The notes under the pieces: generated by a model
Seen by the model: the letters and a program-made list of their open reading frames with translations, nothing else
What the model was told of the DNA's origin: nothing
The model's database searches: none
In this document: positions 12,442 through 20,952 of the stretch, piece after piece
Layout: each line of letters begins with the position of its first letter
Numbering within the stretch: position 1 is the stretch's first letter
DNA from: Gammaproteobacteria bacterium
Lineage (GTDB): Bacteria; Pseudomonadota; Gammaproteobacteria; CAJXQU01
Direction: 5' to 3'
Assembly (NCBI GenBank): GCA_965238175.1
Contig: CBDEGZ010000003.1
Span: 2,176,001-2,240,000, forward strand
Length of the DNA: 64,000 nucleotides
Made by a program: the position numbers and the translations under genes

Positions 12442-13150
12442 GGCTATCGTGCTGCCCAGAAAACACTCTGTTTTGGGTGTAAGCTCCATGTGGTATCTAC
12501 ACAGGCTTCTGTCCATGACATCCATTATCTCAATGATGTTAAAACGCCGTTTTTAGAGGCCCTTAAACGTAAAAATCAAACGAATTTCAAAGCTGTAGGA
12601 ACTAAGCCGCATTGAGTAACATTTGTATTTATTAGTGCTGGCGCTATATATCCAATCGTCGAATTAATTCTTTTGTTGTTATAATTCCGGATGTAATGCT
12701 CAACAGCTGACACAACTGCTTGATGATTAATGAATGATAGTCCGTTTAAATATTCGCTTTTTAGACTTCTAAAAAATCGTTCTTGAACAGCATTATGCCC
12801 AAAACACTTCGTGGGGCAGGCTCTCCCAGCAGTTACCTCTTCTACTCATACTTTGAGTGATGTTGTGCAATGACAATGTTTGTTTGAATAGGCTATCAAG
12901 TCCTACAAGTTTATTAAACCATTGCAACCCTTCAATCCGACACTGAGGAAAGCAAAAAAGCGTATCAGAGACACTTTTCTCGCCGCTGTACCAATTTATG
13001 ATCAGGCGCATTTATGTCAAATCATTTCATGGCTTTTCGACGAAAATACTGTCGAAAATTACAGCGTTAACTATCCTTTAATGGTTCAGTAAATAGATCT
13101 GGAATAACATCAATCACCTGAAATCGTGACCGCCTAAACACACTACGGGT
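12441..13150 (+). mobile_element. IS982-family transposase remnant, interrupted by an IS3 remnant
   Basis: GY.AAQK...GCKLH and ASVHDIHYLNDVK at 12441-12590; RKAKKRI...QFMIRRIYVKSFHGFSTKILSKITALT at 12944-13130; end sequence CACACTACGGGT. Confidence 0.8.
12620..12900 (-). mobile_element. IS3-family OrfB C-terminal remnant carrying a 28-bp insertion at 12796-12823
   Basis: QSMSRRGNCW-[insert]-NAVQERFFRSLKSE...YNNKR..STIGY.AP. Confidence 0.85.
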
Positions 13151-13168
13151 TGTCTATAGTTATCAACC

Positions 13169-13186
13169 ATGCGTCAAATGACGTAG
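13169..13186 (+). promoter_or_regulatory. Candidate operator upstream of urtA (ATGCGTCAAATGACGTAG)
   Basis: Imperfect palindrome; a near-copy at 24414-24431 lies upstream of the porin. Confidence 0.6.
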
Positions 13187-13278
13187 TTCGGTAGTGTAAT
13201 TAACTAATTCTGAGATCTCATATCGTTCAGCATAATTACCTCAAAACACTTTTACAACCAAAGTAGAGAGGTAGGAAA

Positions 13279-14541
13279 ATGCGACAATTTAATAAAAATA
13301 ACCCGCTATTTAGCATACGGCGGCGTTTTGTGAAAAGTTTGATGATATTACCAGCAACCCTTTTTTTCTCCACGATAAGCCTTGCTGGTGGGCCAGCTAC
13401 GTCTGAAGTTAACACAACAGGCCTCGCTGTGACTGATGATACTGTTACAATCGGTATCCTCCATTCTATTACCGGCACTATGGCGATTAGTGAAACGGGT
13501 TCTGTGCAAGCCGAAAAGCTTGCAATCGAACAGATTAATGCGAGTGGCGGCGTATTGGGTCGCCAGATTAAATTCATACAGGAAGATGGTGCTAGTGACT
13601 GGCCAACTTTTGCCGAAAAATCTAAAAAGCTTCTGGTTAATGACAAAGTAGCAGCGGTGTTTGGATGTTGGACATCAGCTTCCAGAAAAGCAGTTCTACC
13701 TATTTTTGAGCAATACAACGGAATGTTGTATTACCCTACCTTTTACGAAGGTTTAGAGGCGTCACCAAACGTTATTTATACTGGGCAGGAAGCAACCCAG
13801 CAGATTCTTGCAGGAATCGATTGGGTTGTTGAAAACAAAGGAGCTAAAAGTTTCTTCTTGCTGGGTTCGGACTATATCTGGCCGCGAACTTCAAACAAAA
13901 TCGCTCGAAAACACATTGAGAAGCTTGGACTTAAAGTTGTGGGTGAGGAGTATTATCCACTTGGGCATACACAGTTCAATTCGGTTATCAATAAAATCAA
14001 ACTGAAAAAACCTGATGTTATCTATCCAATTGTTGTTGGAGGCTCAAATGTGGCTTTCTACAAACAACTTAAAGCAGCAGGTATTGATATGACCAAAGAA
14101 AAACCTTTGCTCTTAACAAATTCAGTTACTGAAGATGAGGTTCTGGGGATTGGTGGTGAAAACATCGTTGGTGCTTATACTGCTGCGAAATACTTTCAAC
14201 GTTTGGATAATGAAAATAACAAAGCATTTGTTAAAGCATTTAAAAAACGTTGGGGGGATCAAATAGTTATTGGTGATGTTACTCACGCAGCCTACCTCAG
14301 CGCATGGTTATGGAAGGGAGCGGTAGAAAAAGCTGGATCATTTGATATTGACAAAGTTCGTGAAGCATCTGTAGGTATTGAATTAACCACTGCTCCAGTA
14401 GGTTATGTGAAGATTCACGCTAATCACCATCTATGGGCTAAAACAAGAATTGGTCAGGCTAGAAGTGACGGCCAATATGACATTGTTTTTGAAACGGATG
14501 AGTTGGTTGAACCCGATCCTTTTCCAGAAGGTTATCAATAA
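13279..14541 (+). CDS. urtA: Urea/short-chain amide ABC transporter substrate-binding protein (FmdD-like)
   Basis: GILHSITGTMAISE, EDGASDWPTFAEK, FGCWTSASRKAV, YEGLE, GSDYIWPRT. Confidence 0.93.
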   Translation: MRQFNKNNPLFSIRRRFVKSLMILPATLFFSTISLAGGPATSEVNTTGLAVTDDTVTIGILHSITGTMAISETGSVQAEKLAIEQINASGGVLGRQIKFIQEDGASDWPTFAEKSKKLLVNDKVAAVFGCWTSASRKAVLPIFEQYNGMLYYPTFYEGLEASPNVIYTGQEATQQILAGIDWVVENKGAKSFFLLGSDYIWPRTSNKIARKHIEKLGLKVVGEEYYPLGHTQFNSVINKIKLKKPDVIYPIVVGGSNVAFYKQLKAAGIDMTKEKPLLLTNSVTEDEVLGIGGENIVGAYTAAKYFQRLDNENNKAFVKAFKKRWGDQIVIGDVTHAAYLSAWLWKGAVEKAGSFDIDKVREASVGIELTTAPVGYVKIHANHHLWAKTRIGQARSDGQYDIVFETDELVEPDPFPEGYQ

Positions 14542-14558
14542 GTAAACACGTGGTCATT

Positions 14559-14590
14559 GCGGCCTGGATATCTGTCTAGGCCGCCTTTTT
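14559..14590 (+). terminator. Hairpin plus U-tract between urtA and urtB
   Basis: GCGGCCTGGA-tatctg-TCTAGGCCGC followed by CTTTTT. Confidence 0.65.
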
Positions 14591-14632
14591 CCTACCGACT
14601 TATTTAATTACCTAACATAAGAGGATAATGTA

Positions 14633-15559
14633 ATGTTTGCTGAATATTCAATGGCCGAACTTACTTCGATTTTTGCAATGCAAGGTTTTGCCGGTCTTAT
14701 ACTATTTTCAGTTTTTGTGTTGATGGCGTTAGGTCTGGCAATAATTTTTGGACAGATGGGTGTCATCAACATGGCTCATGGTGAATTTATGATCCTTGGT
14801 GCTTATATCACATACCTCACTTCTACATTTTTCACAAACTATTTACCCAGTTTGTTCACGGGTTACTTTTTTATAGCAATGATCTTGGCTTTTATCGTGA
14901 CCTTTGTTTTTGGTGCATTTGTTGAGTGGGCAATGATACGGCATTTGTACAAAAGGCCACTCGATACTCTACTTGCCACTTGGGGATTAAGTCTGATTAT
15001 GCAACAAGCGTTTCGCACAGTTTTTGGAGCCCGTGAAGTGGGAGTATCTTTACCAGACTGGATGATAGGTTCCTATGCTGTTACTGATGTGATTGAGATC
15101 CCAATCAATGGAATCTTCGTAATGATTCTAACTATTGTAGTCACCACGGCAGTTTATTTGATAATGCAGAGAACACGATTCGGCAAACAAACTCGAGCTG
15201 TTGTTCAAAATCGACCCATGGCTGCTGCAGTCGGAATTAATACAGAAAAGGCCGACCGTTATACTTTTGCATTAGGTTGTGGTACGGCCGGCATTGCAGG
15301 CTCAGCTTTCACTATGATTGGCTCAACTGGGCCAACTTCCGGTCAGCTCTATATCGTAGATACCTTTTTGGTTGTCGTTTTTGGTGGAGCATCAAGTTTA
15401 CTTGGTACAGTCGCTTCTGCATTCACTATTTCGCAGGCTCAATCAACAATGGAGTTTTTCCTGAGTGGTTCGATGGCTAAAGTACTCACCTTACTAACTG
15501 TTGTCGGGATTCTAATGCTTCGTCCGCAAGGTTTATTTTCACTCAAAATTCGTCGATAG
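14633..15559 (+). CDS. urtB: Urea/amide ABC transporter permease
   Basis: GLAIIFGQMGVINMAHGEF, LYKRPLDTLLATWG, RPQGLF. Confidence 0.92.
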   Translation: MFAEYSMAELTSIFAMQGFAGLILFSVFVLMALGLAIIFGQMGVINMAHGEFMILGAYITYLTSTFFTNYLPSLFTGYFFIAMILAFIVTFVFGAFVEWAMIRHLYKRPLDTLLATWGLSLIMQQAFRTVFGAREVGVSLPDWMIGSYAVTDVIEIPINGIFVMILTIVVTTAVYLIMQRTRFGKQTRAVVQNRPMAAAVGINTEKADRYTFALGCGTAGIAGSAFTMIGSTGPTSGQLYIVDTFLVVVFGGASSLLGTVASAFTISQAQSTMEFFLSGSMAKVLTLLTVVGILMLRPQGLFSLKIRR

Positions 15560-15568
15560 GAGATCACC

Positions 15569-16708
15569 ATGTCGTTTACTAAAATATGTGCATTAGTGCA
15601 AAAGAATAATCTGTTAAGTTTTGCAGTGCTAGCATTAATCATCATTGTTGTGATGCCATTGTCCCTAGATATTTTTCGTCTGAATCTAATGGGGAAATAT
15701 TTAACCTATGCTTTCGTTGCACTTGGACTCGTACTTTGCTGGGGTTATGGAGGTATTCTAAGCCTGGGACAAGGAGTATTTTTTGGTCTGGGTGGATATT
15801 GCATGGCAATGTTTCTTAAGATTGAAAATTCAAGTCCAGAACTTACTGCAATCCAGTCTACACCGGGTATCCCTGATTTTATGGACTGGAATTCGTTGAC
15901 TGAACTCCCATGGTTCTGGGAACCGTTTCATAGTTTTGGATTCACTTTGATAGCTGTATTAGTTGTTCCTGCTTTATTTGCATTCATTATCGGCTTTGCA
16001 ATGTTTAAACGACGAGTTAGCGGTGTTTATTTCGCCATTATTACTCAAGCTATTGCTGCGATACTAACGATCCTGATTATCGGACAACAAGGTTATACCG
16101 GTGGCTTGAATGGAATAACTGATTTTCGGACTATGCTTGGATGGGATATTCTCTCCGACTCAGCAAAATACGTACTCTATTTTGTCAATGCGATTCTGTT
16201 ATTTGTCTGTTTATTTGCTGCACAGTACGTTCTTAAAAGTAAACTTGGACGACTACTCGTTGCAATGCGTGAGCGTGAAGATCGAGTGAGGTTTTCTGGC
16301 TACGATGTGGCAAGTTTCAAAATATTTATATTCTGCTTAGCAGGAGTATTTTCTTCCATTGGTGGGGCAATGTTTACCTTACAGGTTGGTTTTATGTCAC
16401 CTTCTTTTGTTGGCATCGTCCCTTCAATTGAGATGGTTATATTTTGTGCTGTCGGCGGACGTCTTTCTATTCTTGGTGCTGTCTATGGAACTCTGATCGT
16501 TAATTATGCAAAAACAATTTTTTCTGAATCATTTCCAGAGTTGTGGCTTTTCGCGATGGGAGCTCTATTTATTGGTGTGGTGTTGGCGTTTCCTAACGGT
16601 CTCGCTGGGTTATATGAATCTTATTTTCAACCCACGTTGAAAAAGCTAAAAGTATATTTGCCAGCTCAGTTAGATGGTCAAAAAACAACAAGTAAAATCA
16701 CGGAATAG
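15569..16708 (+). CDS. urtC: Urea/amide ABC transporter permease
   Basis: WGYGGILSLGQG.FFGLGGY, PGIPDFMDW, GVYFAIITQA, SIEMVI..AVGGR. Confidence 0.92.
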   Translation: MSFTKICALVQKNNLLSFAVLALIIIVVMPLSLDIFRLNLMGKYLTYAFVALGLVLCWGYGGILSLGQGVFFGLGGYCMAMFLKIENSSPELTAIQSTPGIPDFMDWNSLTELPWFWEPFHSFGFTLIAVLVVPALFAFIIGFAMFKRRVSGVYFAIITQAIAAILTILIIGQQGYTGGLNGITDFRTMLGWDILSDSAKYVLYFVNAILLFVCLFAAQYVLKSKLGRLLVAMREREDRVRFSGYDVASFKIFIFCLAGVFSSIGGAMFTLQVGFMSPSFVGIVPSIEMVIFCAVGGRLSILGAVYGTLIVNYAKTIFSESFPELWLFAMGALFIGVVLAFPNGLAGLYESYFQPTLKKLKVYLPAQLDGQKTTSKITE

Positions 16709-16718
16709 GAGAGTAGAT

Positions 16719-17486
16719 ATGGGCATAACAAGCACAAAAAAAAAGAACCCTCAGGAAAACGTTTTAAGTGTTGAAGGATTAACTGTTTCGTTCGATGGGT
16801 TTAAGGCTGTTAATGATTTGTCACTATGTTTGAAGGATCAGGAAATACGAGTAATTATCGGTCCAAACGGTGCTGGCAAAACCACAGTTCTGGATTTGAT
16901 CTGCGGACGTACAAAAGCCACGTCAGGAACTATTAAATTTAAAGGACAGGAGCTTACGAAATTGAAAGAACATGGAATTGTTCGAGCAGGAGTTGGCAGA
17001 AAATTTCAAAACCCATCTATTTATGAAGATTTAACTGTTTTCGAAAATCTGGAAATTTCTTTTCCACGAGGACGTAGTGTTTGGGGCGCGCTAAAGTTTC
17101 GTAGAGATGCTGAGGTGATCAACAAAGTAAAAAAAATTGCCAGCATGATTTTCCTTGAAGATAAGCTTGAAACCTCGGCTGATTTGCTTAGTCATGGTCA
17201 GAAGCAGTGGTTAGAAATTGGCATGTTACTTATTCAGGATCCAGAGTTATTGATGCTCGATGAACCAGTCGCAGGAATGTCTGCTTCAGAAAGGAAACAA
17301 ACAGCAAAATTACTGCAAAGCATTACTAAAGATCGATCAGTTTTAGTCATTGAGCACGATATGCAATTTGTAGAAGACATCGCTGACAGCGTCACTGTAC
17401 TCCATCAAGGACAGGTGCTTTCGGAGGGTTCAATGGAACAAGTGCAGGCCGATCCTAAAGTTATTGAAGTTTACCTGGGACATTGA
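16719..17486 (+). CDS. urtD: Urea/amide ABC transporter ATPase
   Basis: GPNGAGKT, GRKFQNP, LSHGQKQWLEIGM; ATG 16719 follows AGGAGAG. Confidence 0.92.
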   Translation: MGITSTKKKNPQENVLSVEGLTVSFDGFKAVNDLSLCLKDQEIRVIIGPNGAGKTTVLDLICGRTKATSGTIKFKGQELTKLKEHGIVRAGVGRKFQNPSIYEDLTVFENLEISFPRGRSVWGALKFRRDAEVINKVKKIASMIFLEDKLETSADLLSHGQKQWLEIGMLLIQDPELLMLDEPVAGMSASERKQTAKLLQSITKDRSVLVIEHDMQFVEDIADSVTVLHQGQVLSEGSMEQVQADPKVIEVYLGH

Positions 17487-17496
17487 GGGGAAAATT

Positions 17497-18186
17497 ATGT
17501 TTGAACTTAAAAATTATCACGTTGCATATGGCCAAAGTAAAGTGATTGATAATTTGAATTTCTCATTACATCCAAAAGAAATTGTAGCCATTCTAGGACG
17601 CAATGGTATGGGAAAAACCACCTTGATGAAGTCAATGATTGGCATGATTCCAACACGAGAAGGATCGATTAAATTAGAAGGGATAGAGCTAGGCGATATG
17701 AAGAGTCATCAACGTGTTGCAGCTGGGCTCGGTTTTGTTCCACAAGGACGCATGATTTTCTCTACGATGACTGTAGAAGAGAATATTGAGACAGGGTTAA
17801 CAAGCACAAAGGTAAAAAAAATCCCTCAGGATCTTTACTCTCTTTTTCCTGTGTTATCTGAAATGAAAGATAGACGAGGTGGTAATTTATCTGGTGGACA
17901 GCAACAACAACTGGCTATTGCGCGTGCTTTAGCAAGTGAACCCAGTGTGCTATTGCTCGATGAACCCACAGAAGGCATACAGCCTTCAATTATCAAGGAT
18001 ATGGCTCGCACCCTGAAGAAAATCCGTGATCAAAAAAATTTATCCATCATTGTATCCGAACAAGTTTTAAGTTTTGCACTTGATATAGCGGATCGAATCA
18101 TCGTCATCGAAAAAGGAAAGATCGTTCACGATGATCCACGTGATGCTGTTGATGAGACCAAAGTCGCTGCTTATCTATCAGTATAA
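17497..18186 (+). CDS. urtE: Urea/amide ABC transporter ATPase
   Basis: GRNGMGKTT, LSGGQQQQLAIARAL, DEPTEGIQPS. Confidence 0.92.
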   Translation: MFELKNYHVAYGQSKVIDNLNFSLHPKEIVAILGRNGMGKTTLMKSMIGMIPTREGSIKLEGIELGDMKSHQRVAAGLGFVPQGRMIFSTMTVEENIETGLTSTKVKKIPQDLYSLFPVLSEMKDRRGGNLSGGQQQQLAIARALASEPSVLLLDEPTEGIQPSIIKDMARTLKKIRDQKNLSIIVSEQVLSFALDIADRIIVIEKGKIVHDDPRDAVDETKVAAYLSV

Positions 18187-18232
18187 CTTCAGATAACTCG
18201 ATACTACTAAATAAAATATAGGAGAAATTACT

Positions 18233-19465
18233 ATGACTGAAACTATTATTAAAATAGATCTTAATACTTCTGCATACGAACACGATAATGTTCACAATCG
18301 CTGGCACCCTGATATACCAATGGCTGCTATGGTTAAATCTGGCGATGATTTTAAAATAGAATGTTTTGACTGGACTGCAGGTCAAATCAAAAATAATGAC
18401 GATGCCTCAGATGTAAGAGATGTGGATCTGAGTCAAGTACACTTTTTGTCAGGGCCTGTTGGTGTAGAAGGTGCTGAACCTGGTGATCTTTTGGTGGTAG
18501 ATATTCTTGACATTGGCACATTCGAAGATAGTCAATGGGGTTTTAATGGTTTCTTTTCTAAGCAAAATGGTGGTGGTTTTTTAACAGAGCACTTTCCTGA
18601 AGCGCAGAAATCGATCTGGGATTTTAATGGCATGTTCACCAAGTCACGGCATATTCCAGGTGTGGAATTTGCAGGATTAATTCATCCAGGTCTGATTGGT
18701 TGTTTACCATCTAAAGAACTTCTTGATGAATGGAATACTCGTGAAACTGCGTTATTCAATACTGAACCAGAACGAGTCCCCCCTCTTGCAACGTTACCTT
18801 ATGCAGAAACTGCACATATGGGGCGTATGAGTGGTGATGAAGAAAAAACAGCGGCAGCAGAGGCAGCGCGCACCGTACCACCAAGAGAACATGGTGGAAA
18901 CTGTGATATCAAGGATTTATCTCGCGGATCAAAAGTTTACTTCCCTGTTTATGTTGAGGGCGGCGGTTTATCTGTTGGAGATCTTCATTTTAGTCAAGGT
19001 GATGGGGAAATCACATTTTGTGGTGCAATTGAAATGGCAGGGTGGATACACTTGCGCGTAAATCTGATCAAGGGTGGTATGGAGGAATACAGTATTAAAA
19101 ACCCTATTTTCAAGCCTAGCCCCATCACTCCACGATATGACGATTATCTCATTTTCGAAGGTATTTCAGTCGATGAGCAAGGTGAACAGCATTATCTGGA
19201 TGTGCAGATTGCGTATCGGCAAGCATGTTTGAACGCAATAGAATACCTTAAGAATTTTGGTTACTCGGGTGCACAAGCTTACGCTTTATTGGGTACAGCA
19301 CCTGTTCAAGGTCATATCAGTGGCGTCGTAGATATACCTAATGCCTGTGCAACACTTTGGCTGCCAACTGATATTTTTGAATTTGATATAAATCCTGGTG
19401 CAGATGGTCCTACAGAGTATCTGGATGGCAGTATTGATGTGCCATTAGCGCCTGATAAAAAATAG
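18233..19465 (+). CDS. fmdA: Formamidase (FmdA/AmdA family)
   Basis: HNRWHPDIP, VHFLSGP, PPREHGGNCDIKDL, GDLHFSQGDGEITFCGAIEMAG, VDIPNAC. Confidence 0.95.
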   Translation: MTETIIKIDLNTSAYEHDNVHNRWHPDIPMAAMVKSGDDFKIECFDWTAGQIKNNDDASDVRDVDLSQVHFLSGPVGVEGAEPGDLLVVDILDIGTFEDSQWGFNGFFSKQNGGGFLTEHFPEAQKSIWDFNGMFTKSRHIPGVEFAGLIHPGLIGCLPSKELLDEWNTRETALFNTEPERVPPLATLPYAETAHMGRMSGDEEKTAAAEAARTVPPREHGGNCDIKDLSRGSKVYFPVYVEGGGLSVGDLHFSQGDGEITFCGAIEMAGWIHLRVNLIKGGMEEYSIKNPIFKPSPITPRYDDYLIFEGISVDEQGEQHYLDVQIAYRQACLNAIEYLKNFGYSGAQAYALLGTAPVQGHISGVVDIPNACATLWLPTDIFEFDINPGADGPTEYLDGSIDVPLAPDKK

Positions 19466-19482
19466 AAAGGGAGTAATATAAT

Positions 19483-19836
19483 ATGCCAGTTTATGACTAT
19501 AAGTGTACTGATCATGGTCTTTTTCACGAGCTCGCGACAATAGATGAACATGCCAATCCATCACCTTGTCCGGAATGCCAGAATTTGTCTCCTCGTGTCA
19601 TTATGATTTCTCCAGATATCCTGGATATGGATTTAGGAAAAAAACAGGCTATCGAAAAAAACGAAACAGCTCAGTATGAACCACAAATATCAACTATAGA
19701 TACTCGAGCAGAGAATACTGAAAAGCTAGCGCATGGCTCTGGATGTCAGCATAAGAAACGAAGTTCAAAACTTTTGTATCTAGCAGACGGTAGTAAAATT
19801 TTTCCATCAATGCGTCCATGGATGATTAGCCATTAA
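19483..19836 (+). CDS. fmdB: FmdB-family zinc-ribbon regulatory protein
   Basis: MPVYDYKC..HG, CPEC, C-terminal RPWMISH; directly downstream of fmdA. Confidence 0.88.
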   Translation: MPVYDYKCTDHGLFHELATIDEHANPSPCPECQNLSPRVIMISPDILDMDLGKKQAIEKNETAQYEPQISTIDTRAENTEKLAHGSGCQHKKRSSKLLYLADGSKIFPSMRPWMISH

Positions 19837-19841
19837 ATCAT

Positions 19842-19883
19842 GATCAGATAAACCTCATGTACTTCTATGGGGTTTATCTGATC
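19842..19883. terminator. Long hairpin between the convergent fmdB and regulator genes
   Basis: GATCAGATAAACCTCAT...ATGGGGTTTATCTGATC inverted repeat. A second hairpin, AAACTAAAGTGA-gtt-TCACTTTAGTTT, lies at 19942-19968. Confidence 0.65.
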
Positions 19884-20037
19884 TTATAACTTGACATTAT
19901 TTTAGGATGTGCGGAAGAATCGTAATATAGAGTTAACGAATAAACTAAAGTGAGTTTCACTTTAGTTTTCAATAAGTATAATTTTGTGATAAATCCTCTG
20001 AAAAATAAAACCGTATCATCAAATAGATCTAAATTAT

Positions 20038-20952
20038 TTATTGATAGTTATTATTTAATATATTAATGGCAGCAGCGGCAGCTGATGTGCGGTTATCCAC
20101 TTCCAGTTTGCGATAAATTTGCTCCAGATGCTTGTTAACAGTACGTGGGCTAATTTTTAGTATTTTTGCAATTTCCCAGTTTGATTTGCCAAGTGATATC
20201 CACAATAGGACATCTGCTTCTCTTTTTGTAATGGGTAATTTTTTTATAAGCTGGTCACTGGTTGGTTCAATGTGCTGTAAAGAGATCTTTACAAGATGGT
20301 CAAATTCACTTTGCTTGCCGATATAGATAACTTTTATTGGTTCAATAAACTCTTGGAATAAAAGATCGTTTCTTTCATTTGATTGGTTCAACCATTTTTC
20401 AAGTTCTCTGGTGAATCTGGTGAATGCTTGATTATCTTTTCCTGAAGTAGTGATACTTTCAAAAAAATCCTGTGCTTGTTGGGTTGACCATAATATATTC
20501 CCGAGACTATCAACAGAGAAAATATGTTGGCCAGTGCTATCGAGAGCCGCTCTTGCACTTATCGTCTTTCTTGCATTTGCGATATGTACCCTTGCACGAG
20601 CAATTACCTCTTCAGGTTTAATCGGTTTGGTTACATAATCAACTCCACCAGCATTAAAGCCTGCAACTATATGTTCAACTTCAGTTAAACCAGTCATAAA
20701 AATCACAGGAATATCAGGAAAGTTTTGTTTAATTTTTTTACAAGTGTCAAAACCGTCCATCCCAGGCATCATAGCATCTAGTAAAACAACATCTGGTATG
20801 ACTTTTCCAAGGATAGATAGTGCTTGTTGTCCGTCTAGGGAAACGAGTACTGTATAGCCAGCTTCACTTAGAGCCATATTTAACATGCCAAGTGAATTAG
20901 GCGAATCATCGACTACAAGTATTGTTGTATTTTTGGTTAGTTTCTCAGTCAT
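20038..20952 (-). CDS. Response regulator, receiver plus LuxR HTH
   Basis: ILVVDD, LLDAMMPGMDG, DYVTKP; C-terminal TKREADVLLW..GKSN.EIA..L.ISPRTVNKHLEQIY.KL. Confidence 0.92.
   Translation of the reverse strand: MTEKLTKNTTILVVDDSPNSLGMLNMALSEAGYTVLVSLDGQQALSILGKVIPDVVLLDAMMPGMDGFDTCKKIKQNFPDIPVIFMTGLTEVEHIVAGFNAGGVDYVTKPIKPEEVIARARVHIANARKTISARAALDSTGQHIFSVDSLGNILWSTQQAQDFFESITTSGKDNQAFTRFTRELEKWLNQSNERNDLLFQEFIEPIKVIYIGKQSEFDHLVKISLQHIEPTSDQLIKKLPITKREADVLLWISLGKSNWEIAKILKISPRTVNKHLEQIYRKLEVDNRTSAAAAAINILNNNYQ

Noticed and set aside
12286-12525. 79-aa ORF as a real gene
   Set aside because: Spans the junction of the IS982 remnant and the frameshifted lysR duplicate.
12796-12823. 28-bp insert as a group II intron remnant
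   Set aside because: Lacks the GTGCG 5' end and any domain V/VI sequence.
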